Shown piece after piece: positions 1 through 10,349 of a stretch of DNA of 64,000 nucleotides (position 1 is its first letter; every line of letters begins with the position of its first letter). The DNA is taken from positions 190,268 through 254,267 of IMG/VR virus record IMGVR_UViG_3300022902_000004. One strand, written 5' to 3'. The notes beneath the pieces were generated by a model that was not told where the DNA came from, did not search any database, and saw only the letters and a list, made by a program, of their open reading frames with translations. Position numbers and translations under genes: made by a program. Origin of the DNA: a virus.

Positions 1-409
1 GATCGGTGAAGTTCTCAGTGATGCCATCCAACAATGTGACCAATGCAGGTTCGAGGGCGGTTCCTGACAATATCTGGTTTCCTGATACTGCCAATCGTAG
101 CGAGCCACTCACAATTGTGTTTCCAACCATGTCCATGTTTTTAGTCTGGACGGAACGCATATAGCCACCGGCTTCCAATTCTGGGACGATAACGTCCTGA
201 TATCGATTGTGTGCCTCGAAGAATATTCTGCTTGAAGCATCGCCGGCGAGATTCGGTAAACTCAAGCTTCCAGATTTCTCATAGAATGTATGTGAGTCGG
301 TAAATGTTGCAAAACGAATTCGAAGCTCACCAGTTCCTGCCTGGCGCTTGCCTTCTTGTGTCACGATGAAATCAATCATTCGTTCTTTATTGTTGAGGAT
401 TCCTGCCAT
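1..409 (-). CDS. Hypothetical virion structural protein, 5' part (gene runs off window start)
   Basis: Minus-strand ATG at 409-407. The open frame reads MAGILNNKERMIDFIVTQEG... to position 1. It lies downstream of the tail-fibre genes in the same orientation. Confidence 0.4.
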   Translation of the reverse strand, partial: MAGILNNKERMIDFIVTQEGKRQAGTGELRIRFATFTDSHTFYEKSGSLSLPNLAGDASSRIFFEAHNRYQDVIVPELEAGGYMRSVQTKNMDMVGNTIVSGSLRLAVSGNQILSGTALEPALVTLLDGITENFTD

Positions 410-450
410 GCTTATAAATATTGTACCCTAAAATTCACAAAATGATTCTG

Positions 451-1629
451 TTATGCTTTCGTTTTTGTAACCATTGATCCAGACGGCACGTAAAAGAAGT
501 CAGCGTCATCTCGAGAGCGAAAAAACTCGAATGTCCCATGTAATTTTGATGAACCGCCTGTGTTGTTCACGCCAACGCCAATGCATGAAAGATGTCCTGA
601 TATTGTACGTACTTTTTGCTTAAACCACCCGACACCATCGCCTGAATAATCAAATGAAAATGTTGTTGTGTCGGTTCCTAAATCATAGCTCACACGGATC
701 CTACCGAATACAGTAGCGCCAAGAACAGCGACCGCAGCGTTTGGTGTGGAGCTAGCAAAAGAAGAATAGTTGTTGAATTCTTGTGTGTCAATATAAAATG
801 CGTTTGCTTCTCTAAGCAGGTTTATCGTCCAAATCTTCGATGTTGACGGCGCGGAAACTATATCTGCAGCACCAATCCACAAAAACACCCCTGGATAGTC
901 TGAAAAGTCCTCTGACAACCAACTCCACTTCGACCAAAATGTGTGTTCATAATCAGCTGATTGTGTTGTGAACTGTTTAAACACACCGGCAATCTTGTCG
1001 CCGGCGATGACTGGTTGATCGATCAACAATCCCTGGTTTGTTATTACGGTCGTCATTCCTGATGAACCTGGATCGAATGTCGTCCAGCCGGCCAATGCCG
1101 ATCTAAATTCATCGTCGAGATCGCCTGCCGTTTCTGGCGGTGCCGAAGGATCCCATTTTTCGAACCTTGCACCCGTTGAAGCAATTGTCACGGAACCATT
1201 CGTGCCCGATGTAATCGTTACATTCGAACCTGCCTTCAAGTATGATGTTCCATCATTCAGTAAGGTCAATGAGCCCGTAATGCCCTCCACAACGTCGAGT
1301 GTTCCTGAGATTGCGGCGGAGCCTGTTGTGAATATTGATTGGCTTACCTCAGAGCTCCAAAAGGTTTCTGGGGTTGCGCCACCTCCTCCACCGGTGTCAA
1401 CCGCCGATCCGTTGAAGTAGAGCACATCATCTACTGCATAAAGTGCATTTGTCGTTTTATTCGGTGCAGTGTCCAGGTTCTGCAGGCCAATTCCATGATT
1501 GAAATTCTGTGTCGGCAAACCAACTTGAAGCCCATTTGGAAATATTACCTTTTGAACCTCATCGTTTTGTCCAGAACGAACGATTAGTTTGTCCTTTTTT
1601 CGTAGTTCACCTTGTTCAATTTTCGGCAT
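451..1629 (-). CDS. Tail fibre / receptor-binding-like protein
   Basis: 392 aa, rich in Gly/Ser/Thr with a GGGGG stretch and repeated 'TGS..SV' segments. It is the last gene of the baseplate-fibre operon. Confidence 0.5.
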   Translation of the reverse strand: MPKIEQGELRKKDKLIVRSGQNDEVQKVIFPNGLQVGLPTQNFNHGIGLQNLDTAPNKTTNALYAVDDVLYFNGSAVDTGGGGGATPETFWSSEVSQSIFTTGSAAISGTLDVVEGITGSLTLLNDGTSYLKAGSNVTITSGTNGSVTIASTGARFEKWDPSAPPETAGDLDDEFRSALAGWTTFDPGSSGMTTVITNQGLLIDQPVIAGDKIAGVFKQFTTQSADYEHTFWSKWSWLSEDFSDYPGVFLWIGAADIVSAPSTSKIWTINLLREANAFYIDTQEFNNYSSFASSTPNAAVAVLGATVFGRIRVSYDLGTDTTTFSFDYSGDGVGWFKQKVRTISGHLSCIGVGVNNTGGSSKLHGTFEFFRSRDDADFFYVPSGSMVTKTKA

Positions 1630-1645
1630 AAATCACCATGTCCAA

Positions 1646-4396
1646 TTATGAAATAACAATATCAACGGCGACGAGAGATGTATCAGGATCATCAGCCCTG
1701 TCAACGGTGAGCCCATCGTAGTATGGGAACGACGATGATGCGTGAGTCGATAAGTTCTGTGAATGCGTGTTCTCGGGTGATGCTGTGACACCTTCCCTGC
1801 TCTTGAAAATAATTTCGACCGGGTACTCAACGCTTCCGTTCCGAATTGTCGCCGGGTATTTTCGCTGCTCTAGCATATCTCTAAACTGCCCAAAACGAGA
1901 ACGTCGAAAGCGAGCGTCTGGTGTTGACCCGCCAATGCCTGCAAGGCCATATTTGTAGCCCCGAATTTCAACGTTGTACCCTTTACTAACGACGTCAGTC
2001 AAATCATTTGGAACAAATCTTGGAGTGTTGAATTTGCCATTACCAAACCCAAAAAGTGCCTTGTACGATCGATACGCGGCTTCTGGGCTAGATACACTTC
2101 CATCGTTGTCTCGGACAAAATTCGGCGAAGGAACTAGCCCTGCGTTTGCAGGTATATATAATGCATCGCTTGGATCCGCCGTAAATGTTCCTTGCAGGGT
2201 TCCCGCGGTATTATATGTTGCGTGACTCCCACGAATAAAGTTTCCGACAGAACGTATTGCGGTCTTTTCAAATGCTGGTCGTAACCACCAATGATTATCA
2301 ATGCCCTGAGAGGTTATGCCATCGTCTGGTGCATCGATTGCAACAACGTTGACGGGAGCTCCCCAAGATGATGTCGAAAGTAATCCTAAACCTGTTGATA
2401 CGAATGTTTTTGTAATATCAGGTCCGAAACTATCATATAATGGCCCGGACGAATCGGTCAATCTTACGAACCGCTGCAAACTTCCTGTTGTTCCTGCTGT
2501 TCCATTCGCAACTGAGCTTTGTACCCTTCTTACATTTTGTGCAATGTCGCTGCCCATGGGTGAAACAAGCATTGAGCCAGTTATGATGTTGTCAGAATAT
2601 GAACCGGATAACGTAACTCGCGGTTCTACCTCAAACTGATCCATCACTGGAATATCCCATTTGATGTCCTCATGGACTGCGTTGGACGTCAGAAACTGAT
2701 TTGTCATTGGCTCAATTGGCTTCGTGTTTCGCAAAAGTGAACCGTAAAGTGTTATTTTTGATTCGCCGACTGATAATTCTAGTCTATCACGTTCGAAAAC
2801 ATGATGTTCATTGAACGTATCACTAAACAGTAAATTCGGTGCAATTTGATTTGCCACCGCTAGAACCAAACGATCTGATGGCATCAAAACAAACGGTGCA
2901 TCTTGGTATAGATCTGTATATGTCGGTGTTGAAAACCCTGTTGCATATTGAAATGTTCCTGACGTTTCATTTCCCACGACAGATCTAATGTATGACCGCC
3001 CGCCAGAAAGTGATGACAAACTGGTTCCGCCAAATATATTACCCACAGGATAGGTGTCGCCCAGCAATTCTTGGAGGCGCCGATTTGGGATCATTGGGCT
3101 TATATTTTTCCCGATTCCAATCGATCTGCATGGTGCTGCAATTCTAAACGATCCAGTTGATGGGCCGCCCCAATCGCTGGTCGGAACCCACAAATCAGCG
3201 GACTTCGCAATTTGAATATGTGAGCCGGTTAGCGCCGCAAGTGATGAAAATGCTGACTCTTCATATGTTCCAACTCTACCGAACCACACTATGTCTCGAT
3301 GTTTCGTTTGAGCGTATTCGTTCTCGACGTTTACAATGGTTGTCGGTGGAGCCGCGGTCCAATCTCGGAATGTTGCATCAACGTAATGAGTTTTAGCAAT
3401 ATTCTGGTTTGACTGTCTCATTAGCATAAACGTTTTGATTGCAGGCTCCGTCGGCGAACCAAAAACCTCATCAAACGCTGGGCCGGAGACAGTTCCAGTG
3501 AATTCTAATACAACTTTTTCAACCAAAAATGGATGTGCGATTGATCCTGTTATTTGTTTTGTTTGGCCGGCCGAAGCGTCAAATTTTGATGCGAATGGAA
3601 AACCAAATGTGCTGACTGGTAGTCCCCACGGATTCTGGACATCCAAATCACCGCCGGCTGAATTTGGTTTCGTCGATGGAACCGTACACAAATAAGATCC
3701 TCGCGCGGTTTCATAAAACTCACTCAAGTAATCAACGTTGCTCCCTGTTGTTAGGTCGCCAATTATTTCCCATTTCTTTGAGTTCCAATTATAATACGCC
3801 ACACCGGGATTGACACCGGCGTCGAGTGCTGCGGCAGAACTTGCATATGTCGTATCAACACCGGTTCCGGTACTCCAGTATACCGATGTTGTGACGACCG
3901 GGCTGATGTCTAATGAAAATGACGTTTTCGATGATAGTTTTTGTGAAAATCCTGGGAGTACAGATTCAGATGTTCCAGTTGCGTAGAACGCTGACGTCTC
4001 ATCAATATATAATCGATTTTCGACAAACGGACTAATCGCTGCGGGTTGCTGGAACGTTATGCCTAAATCTGTTAGACCGACACTCCCTGTTCCAGGGCCG
4101 GTGATTCCAAATGATACGCTCGGGGTTGCGACGTTTCCTGACATGTTGTTGCTGCCAACAAGCATATTGTTCGGCCACACCGTTTCGCCCTTACCGAAGG
4201 CTGCCGCTTTTGTATCATCAAACTTGATTAGAGAGTTGCCCAAATAATTCGAGTCACCGGTGCGAATTATTGTAGGATATTGTCCTCGGCGGGCATCCTG
4301 ATCACGTAATTGTATACGAACTGGCAGTGAAAGTACGCCACTGCCAGTGTGCCACCCACGGTTCTGTCCCGATCCTGTTATGAAAATTCTTGCCAT
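1646..4396 (-). CDS. Large tail fibre/baseplate structural protein
   Basis: 916 aa, low complexity and rich in Gly/Ser/Thr. It lies in the contiguous minus-strand structural operon downstream of the gp25/J-like genes. Confidence 0.5.
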   Translation of the reverse strand: MARIFITGSGQNRGWHTGSGVLSLPVRIQLRDQDARRGQYPTIIRTGDSNYLGNSLIKFDDTKAAAFGKGETVWPNNMLVGSNNMSGNVATPSVSFGITGPGTGSVGLTDLGITFQQPAAISPFVENRLYIDETSAFYATGTSESVLPGFSQKLSSKTSFSLDISPVVTTSVYWSTGTGVDTTYASSAAALDAGVNPGVAYYNWNSKKWEIIGDLTTGSNVDYLSEFYETARGSYLCTVPSTKPNSAGGDLDVQNPWGLPVSTFGFPFASKFDASAGQTKQITGSIAHPFLVEKVVLEFTGTVSGPAFDEVFGSPTEPAIKTFMLMRQSNQNIAKTHYVDATFRDWTAAPPTTIVNVENEYAQTKHRDIVWFGRVGTYEESAFSSLAALTGSHIQIAKSADLWVPTSDWGGPSTGSFRIAAPCRSIGIGKNISPMIPNRRLQELLGDTYPVGNIFGGTSLSSLSGGRSYIRSVVGNETSGTFQYATGFSTPTYTDLYQDAPFVLMPSDRLVLAVANQIAPNLLFSDTFNEHHVFERDRLELSVGESKITLYGSLLRNTKPIEPMTNQFLTSNAVHEDIKWDIPVMDQFEVEPRVTLSGSYSDNIITGSMLVSPMGSDIAQNVRRVQSSVANGTAGTTGSLQRFVRLTDSSGPLYDSFGPDITKTFVSTGLGLLSTSSWGAPVNVVAIDAPDDGITSQGIDNHWWLRPAFEKTAIRSVGNFIRGSHATYNTAGTLQGTFTADPSDALYIPANAGLVPSPNFVRDNDGSVSSPEAAYRSYKALFGFGNGKFNTPRFVPNDLTDVVSKGYNVEIRGYKYGLAGIGGSTPDARFRRSRFGQFRDMLEQRKYPATIRNGSVEYPVEIIFKSREGVTASPENTHSQNLSTHASSSFPYYDGLTVDRADDPDTSLVAVDIVIS

Positions 4397-5326
4397 TTAC
4401 TTCAACAAGCCCCCGAATGCAATTGAATCATATCCGTAATTATCATTCTGTGAAAACTGGAACCCATGACCGGACACAACAATCGAACTTCGTAGTGCCT
4501 CGACCGGTGATGCGGTGTATGTTATTGATGCCGACACAAATCCGTTTATCATTGTGTTTCTCATCTCGGTGTCGAGGGTGTCGCTCTTGTAAAGCAGCTC
4601 AGCATCATCCGTGTCGTTGAATGGTGCTAACCGTTTATCAGCATCCGAGAATGCCCCTGGTTGGTCGATTGTTCCGAATGTACCAGCGCTATCCAAAAAT
4701 GGAACCGTACCTGCATCACGTAAATCTGTACTATCACCAACCACAATACTTTCACGTTTTTCGTTGGTGATCGACATACTACCTTTTATGCTCCTAGAAA
4801 TGAAGGGCATTTCGATTGAAGATCTGTCGATTACTTTTCTAATTTCAAATGGTTCAATCGTTCCATTGAATGATGACAATGCTGAAACCTGGACCAATCC
4901 TATTGGCTGGACAAGATCCAAAGGATGTGTCGAAAGAATTGATACGGGATCTTGTGTGTCGACTTCTTCAAACGGCTCGCTACCCACAAATAATGATGTA
5001 GTTCCGAAGTCCCGGGTTTCTACCTCGTGGATGACCTCGATGCCAAGCTTGCCATGGGAATCAAGGTTTACCTGCGAACCCGAGTTCACCTCACCCAGGT
5101 TTTCTGGTGAATATGAGTCATTGAAAAACTGTTGGGATTGAAGGACGTCATCGACCGTTCTACCAAATGATATGTTGCCACGTAGCTTCGGAGAAGTAAA
5201 CGAAAATAGCTGTTGCGGGCTTCTGATTTCCACACCTTGTACAAAGGGTGAAAATGAAGCCGAATACCACGGTGATTCGCCGGTGATGACTTGATTTATT
5301 TTGTCGTTGTTTTCGCTCGGCATCAC
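4397..5326 (-). CDS. Hypothetical structural protein
   Basis: 309 aa. It sits between two giant structural genes, with 4-nt overlaps at both ends. Confidence 0.4.
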   Translation of the reverse strand: MMPSENNDKINQVITGESPWYSASFSPFVQGVEIRSPQQLFSFTSPKLRGNISFGRTVDDVLQSQQFFNDSYSPENLGEVNSGSQVNLDSHGKLGIEVIHEVETRDFGTTSLFVGSEPFEEVDTQDPVSILSTHPLDLVQPIGLVQVSALSSFNGTIEPFEIRKVIDRSSIEMPFISRSIKGSMSITNEKRESIVVGDSTDLRDAGTVPFLDSAGTFGTIDQPGAFSDADKRLAPFNDTDDAELLYKSDTLDTEMRNTMINGFVSASITYTASPVEALRSSIVVSGHGFQFSQNDNYGYDSIAFGGLLK

Positions 5327-8300
5327 ATTTTCCTTATCGTTCCGACGATTTGCTGCATCAGGATTGTTTCTTTTCCGCCTCTATCATTCACCCCCAAATA
5401 CATATCGTAGTACTTGTATGAGAACTTCGGGCGCTCGAGTGCATGTGATTCAATGATATAGCTCGTTCCCAAGAAGATTGAATCGCTCGGAAGCATTTGC
5501 TCCAACAATGTGCCAACCGTATCGTCAAACCATTTGAAGAACTCAAAGAACGACTGGATGTGAATCCGTTCGGTGAGTCTATTGAAATACACCCTTCGCA
5601 GGTTCCTCAAGTTCGGGTACTCTTGTGAAAATACCAACTCAGGACTTCCTATCAGGTTGTCCAATGCATTCAACGTTGAAAAGATATTCATGATGTCTTC
5701 ATTCAGCGCCTGGACGAGTGAAATCTCGATGGCGACGCGTTTATCATCATGAGGTTCTTCTGACTGGTTTATCTCATGCAATGGAGCAAGTGAAGCATCA
5801 AATTTCTCTGCCGTTTCTTCATTCAGGTAACTTCTAATTCGTACCTTATTTGGGTTTTCGCCAGCCTGGAAATTTGGTGACAACACATCGAAATCAAAAC
5901 GTTCTGGTTTTATGACCTCGGTGCTAGCCTGGAAGCCTGATGCTCCAAATGTCAGACTGTTTTGTGAGAAATCAAATAACGCAACATTTCCTGAGGCATC
6001 CGACTTCGTTACGATTTGATGCATCGAAACGTCCTGCCTAATTCTTGCAAAGGATCCTGTCGATGTTGTCACGAAGTTGAAATTTGTCTCTGGATCTGTC
6101 ACACCCAATGATTTGAAGTTCTTGGCATGTGTTTTCGATTCCGCAGGGGACAAACCTTTACTCCAGAATCGAATACCTGACGTTTTTCCTGAGAAATCGG
6201 TCACTCTCGAAAATGACGGTGATGTTGTTGTATTCAGGAAGTTATTCGTTGAAACATTCAGGCTTTGGCTGCCGATCACCGCAAAGGCACCGCTTGTGTT
6301 GTATTCCGCAATGTTTTCGAGGGCGTCGCTTGAACCCTCGTCAAAATAGCTCGCCGTCGTCATAAATTCTTCAAGGCCCGCGGGAGTAAACTTGCCCGCT
6401 CGAAGGAAATATGAAGATGATACATGGGAAGAAATGAAATCATTCCTGTGTCGTCCAAAGGAAACCTGCCACTTTTGTCCATCGAAAACGTTCACACCCG
6501 TGAGCTGCAAATGAAGTGTAGGAGCTGTTGATCCGCTTGATGGGCGACCATAGAAGCTTAAGCTGCCGGTCGTCGATCTAGTTACGCTCGGCTCGAAGGC
6601 AACCAGATTGAATAGCACGCCGTGATTTGCCGCAGATGCATCAGTTCCGGTGGTGTGCAATCGTGCCAAACTCTGGGTGGGAAAATGTGTTGACTTGTTA
6701 TCGAATTTATAGGTACTCTCGAAGGTCCAGGACCCTGATGTGTACAACCCGTCTGATTCGTTGTTGGATACTCCACCCACGAGACTTCCGGCCATTAGAG
6801 GCAACCCTGGTTCACTTCTAGAACCCGATAGATATGAGCCTGAAATCAGTGGTCTCGCGGAATCAACCCCTTGGGCACTCAATGTTCCCGGAGCCCCGAG
6901 TGAACCACTCATATCAAGCATCGCTGCAATTTCATGTCGGCGGATGTACGAATCACCTAGATTTCTATATTTTGAGCCACCGAATTCCCTAATCCTAATT
7001 GGGCCATCTGGGTTTATTCCCATGTTGGCTAAAAGAGAACGAATTGATGAGTGGGTTCCTCTTGTTGACAAAATGAATGGCAAATCAGAGAATATTCTTC
7101 GCCAGAGTGTATTTTGAACCGCCTGCAAAGCAGTTGTGTTTAGTCGATCATTCCTGATGTCTTTTCCGTCAAGAAGCTGGTCAATTGATGCCCCACTGAA
7201 GAAGTTTGGCATTGCAATTCCATAATAGCTTCCCAGCCACGGAAGGAGCTGGTCTGATATTACGTCTTGTGACAAAACGTCGACCTTTAGTAGTCGTTTG
7301 AACTCATCAATGAACATTTTCAATTCATCGAATGTCTCGGCGAAGGTGTACAAGAGTCCTGCAATAATTTGGGGCTGGCCTACTCGAGCACCGCCTGGCT
7401 GGTCATACCTTGAGCTAATTGCGTCGCCAACATCAGCCTTCGCCGTTTCGTAGCCTTCCGCTTCTGCAGCCTCCCTAAGATAATGTGGGGGAATCAGTCG
7501 AGTGACAAGGTTTGGGTTGCTGTAATCGTAATTTGATGCTGATGTCAATAAGTCAGCATTCAACGAAGTAACACCGGCGAATGATGGAAACAAAACAGTC
7601 GAAACCAATGAATTTTCGCCCGATACCGGGGCAGATCCAAACGTTCCGGTGTTTCGTAAACCAATTGAGAAGTTCTGGACAGTCGAATGAAGAGCATTGC
7701 TGCTGTGATCCAAAACAAGGGCAGAACCGCCTCCCGCAAATGAACCGGAAGGCTCGTTGAACCTGTAAAGCAATTGAAGGTTGTCCTGTGCAAACACATC
7801 CAAAAATCGATATTTTTGCAGCTCGTCTTGGGTTCGTGGTGTGTTCCAAACCCTTACCTCATCCAATGCGCCGCTTAGTGTTTCAACAGGAACAAATTCA
7901 AAATATCCAAAATCGTGTGCCGAGCCGCTACCAATCGTGAGTGGTGACGTCTTGAAGTCTATTTCGCCGATAGCGGCCACGGTACTTGAGGAAATTAGCT
8001 CGGCATTACGATACAACCTAATCTGGCCCGGTGAAGATACCTTATCGAAAACAGACGCGCAGTGAACAAATTCTCCCTTGTTGATTTCCATCGATGCAGA
8101 CAGCATCATTGAACCTGAACGGATCATTGTTTGAATGTTTACGGTTCCATTTGGGCTAGTCATAGCTGCTGAGGATGACAGAACATGCGATATGCCATTG
8201 CTTCCGCTCAGTTTTTGAGTTATGACCTGACAATCATTTGTTGAACCGCTTGGGACATAAACGTAGAATTCAGTCGTAAACGACTTCGTCCCGGGATCCA

Positions 8301-8793
8301 ACACTGATCGGCCGGTCGGGTCTTTCGAAAGCACCGGCGAATGTGTGCCCTTGAAATCAAGGACGTTGATATATGTTCCCGGTGATGTCGGAGAGCTTGA
8401 ACCGCTGAATGCCAAATAACCTGTATGTTTTGGAAATTCGTCCAGCACATACTTTTCGAAGCCCGACAACCCATCCACGAACTCATTGAATTCAGTTCTT
8501 GTTCCATCAAATGGGAACTTATTGATGATTTTGTCGAAAGCTTTTTGAACTTTGGCTTCAGCCGAATTGAAGAATGTATGATTCGCGAAGTCAGACCAAT
8601 CAACGAATAATTGTTGGGAGCTCTTCAATGCAGATCCCGGTGAGTCGTACCTGAATGACCCGGTTAGGCTCAATCTCGTATTTCCGGCATCGTTCAGCGT
8701 CATCGACCTAACTGGAGCCGCCGGACGTTTAGTTCGGACAATTCCTGGTCGAAACAATAAGTTTCCCGCTAGGATGTTACGATCTCTTGACAT
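5323..8793 (-). CDS. Giant baseplate/tail-fibre structural protein
   Basis: 1156 aa single ORF in the position of P2 gpH / Mu gp49-like fibre genes. Ser/Gly/Thr-rich beta-type segments. Confidence 0.5.
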   Translation of the reverse strand: MSRDRNILAGNLLFRPGIVRTKRPAAPVRSMTLNDAGNTRLSLTGSFRYDSPGSALKSSQQLFVDWSDFANHTFFNSAEAKVQKAFDKIINKFPFDGTRTEFNEFVDGLSGFEKYVLDEFPKHTGYLAFSGSSSPTSPGTYINVLDFKGTHSPVLSKDPTGRSVLDPGTKSFTTEFYVYVPSGSTNDCQVITQKLSGSNGISHVLSSSAAMTSPNGTVNIQTMIRSGSMMLSASMEINKGEFVHCASVFDKVSSPGQIRLYRNAELISSSTVAAIGEIDFKTSPLTIGSGSAHDFGYFEFVPVETLSGALDEVRVWNTPRTQDELQKYRFLDVFAQDNLQLLYRFNEPSGSFAGGGSALVLDHSSNALHSTVQNFSIGLRNTGTFGSAPVSGENSLVSTVLFPSFAGVTSLNADLLTSASNYDYSNPNLVTRLIPPHYLREAAEAEGYETAKADVGDAISSRYDQPGGARVGQPQIIAGLLYTFAETFDELKMFIDEFKRLLKVDVLSQDVISDQLLPWLGSYYGIAMPNFFSGASIDQLLDGKDIRNDRLNTTALQAVQNTLWRRIFSDLPFILSTRGTHSSIRSLLANMGINPDGPIRIREFGGSKYRNLGDSYIRRHEIAAMLDMSGSLGAPGTLSAQGVDSARPLISGSYLSGSRSEPGLPLMAGSLVGGVSNNESDGLYTSGSWTFESTYKFDNKSTHFPTQSLARLHTTGTDASAANHGVLFNLVAFEPSVTRSTTGSLSFYGRPSSGSTAPTLHLQLTGVNVFDGQKWQVSFGRHRNDFISSHVSSSYFLRAGKFTPAGLEEFMTTASYFDEGSSDALENIAEYNTSGAFAVIGSQSLNVSTNNFLNTTTSPSFSRVTDFSGKTSGIRFWSKGLSPAESKTHAKNFKSLGVTDPETNFNFVTTSTGSFARIRQDVSMHQIVTKSDASGNVALFDFSQNSLTFGASGFQASTEVIKPERFDFDVLSPNFQAGENPNKVRIRSYLNEETAEKFDASLAPLHEINQSEEPHDDKRVAIEISLVQALNEDIMNIFSTLNALDNLIGSPELVFSQEYPNLRNLRRVYFNRLTERIHIQSFFEFFKWFDDTVGTLLEQMLPSDSIFLGTSYIIESHALERPKFSYKYYDMYLGVNDRGGKETILMQQIVGTIRKM

Positions 8794-8794
8794 T

Positions 8795-10339
8795 TTATCC
8801 TCTTACCGTAAAAACCGTGCCTCGGTCTCGAGTCAAATAACTTGAACCTCTTTCAATTATGTAAAAATCAAAAGCGTATGATCGACCAGGAAGGAGTGCC
8901 TGCATCTTGAAATCAAAAAACATGCCGTTCGAGTCTGTCGAAACCCGGGTTGAATCATTCTTGTCGTCATATTTCAGTATGACCTTCTCAGTGACACGAT
9001 CCACAACCTGGTAGTATATTCTATCATAGATAACAGACTTCCGTGAATATTTTCGTTTTCTTGGTGCATCTTCTTCAGCCTCAAGGTCTCTTCCAAATAG
9101 CCTGAATCGTACCGTGTCGTGGACACTGTAATCCGGTGACGCGTTGGTTACAACAATCTGTGGTTCCCTTGAGATAAAATTGCCGGCTCTTCGGTCGGCA
9201 CGTTTCATAACCAAACTGCCTGTATGATAAGCAACAGAGAAGTCAGATGACTGCCAATACGTCGTGAATGTTACTTCACCATTTTTCGCAATCAACTCTG
9301 AGATTTTCTTTGATTTGTCATACAGTCCGTCATTCACAGATGCCAATGCAAAGGATGCTGAATATAAGCCCGTAACATTTGAAGCTGCCGAGCCCTGGGT
9401 GTGTTGACTTCCTGTCACTGAAAAATTGAACCTGCCGTAGTCTAGTTTTAGTACGAAGCAATTCGCACCTGAAACGTCGGTCAACCCGGAACCGCTCACC
9501 AGATTAGACAAAGATGACTGGTTGTAATTCTGCAAAAACAATGTTCCTGAGGTGTCAAAATAGAAATTTTGATGATTGTCATAAATCGTATCGTCGAACC
9601 TTACCACCAATCTTGGACGAAGGAGTGGGTTTGACACATGGCGTGATGCAAATCGCTTGACAAACCTTGATTTAGAATCATTTTCCTCAGAACCCGTAAA
9701 GGACAGGCGTAGCCCTTTGTCCGGAATGATGCCTGCCAAAGTCGCAGAGACGATTTTTGTTACGTCAATCGAAAGATCCTCAGTTCCTTCCGTAAATGTT
9801 TGTGTATACTCGAGTGAAACGACGCCGTTGCCATCGGACAGATTTCCAGATGAAATGTAGTCGATGTCATTCGAGCCCAACAAGCCGGATGCCATAGCAC
9901 CACTAGTGAACCAAACGTTATTTTGAGTTGTGTATGATGCGGTGACATAGTTTGCTGTGTCTACATCATTGAATCTTCCTGTATCGATCCCAACACCTTC
10001 ATCAAATGATTGTGACAATGGAAATGCTGACAATGTAAAGTTTCTAGGAACAGCATGACCTGTCATGATGTCCTTCATTTCTAGGGTCGCCGAGAATCGA
10101 CCGCTATTCAGATTTAGAATGCTCGACGTTAATTCAGTAATCGGTGATAGGTCGAACTTGAGCAGTGCCCGGGAAACCTCTGTTTGGGTTCCGGTGCCTT
10201 CTAGTTTCGTTTCGTTGTAAAGTGTAAACAGATCCAATGTCGAAGCTCGGCCGACGTTAGCATCGGTCACACGAATATTGCCGTTGACAATTTTATCTGT
10301 AATGTATGTGTCGGCACTTGCTGTGCAAATTATAATCAT
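8795..10339 (-). CDS. Baseplate protein (gpI-like position)
   Basis: 514 aa, immediately downstream of the J-like gene. Assigned from the conserved order V-W-J-I-H of P2/Mu baseplate operons. Confidence 0.4.
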   Translation of the reverse strand: MIIICTASADTYITDKIVNGNIRVTDANVGRASTLDLFTLYNETKLEGTGTQTEVSRALLKFDLSPITELTSSILNLNSGRFSATLEMKDIMTGHAVPRNFTLSAFPLSQSFDEGVGIDTGRFNDVDTANYVTASYTTQNNVWFTSGAMASGLLGSNDIDYISSGNLSDGNGVVSLEYTQTFTEGTEDLSIDVTKIVSATLAGIIPDKGLRLSFTGSEENDSKSRFVKRFASRHVSNPLLRPRLVVRFDDTIYDNHQNFYFDTSGTLFLQNYNQSSLSNLVSGSGLTDVSGANCFVLKLDYGRFNFSVTGSQHTQGSAASNVTGLYSASFALASVNDGLYDKSKKISELIAKNGEVTFTTYWQSSDFSVAYHTGSLVMKRADRRAGNFISREPQIVVTNASPDYSVHDTVRFRLFGRDLEAEEDAPRKRKYSRKSVIYDRIYYQVVDRVTEKVILKYDDKNDSTRVSTDSNGMFFDFKMQALLPGRSYAFDFYIIERGSSYLTRDRGTVFTVRG

Positions 10340-10349
10340 TGTGTCAACC

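Noticed and set aside
413-420. TATAAATA (T4 late-promoter consensus) in the gap upstream of the first fibre gene
   Set aside because: The box is on the plus strand while every gene nearby is on the minus strand. On the coding strand it reads TATTTATA. I found no minus-strand-oriented copy (plus-strand TATTTATA) before the structural genes.
1202-1420. Proline-rich plus-strand ORF (APPPPPVSTADP)
   Set aside because: It is antisense to the GGGGG stretch of the fibre gene. This is a mirror-frame artefact.
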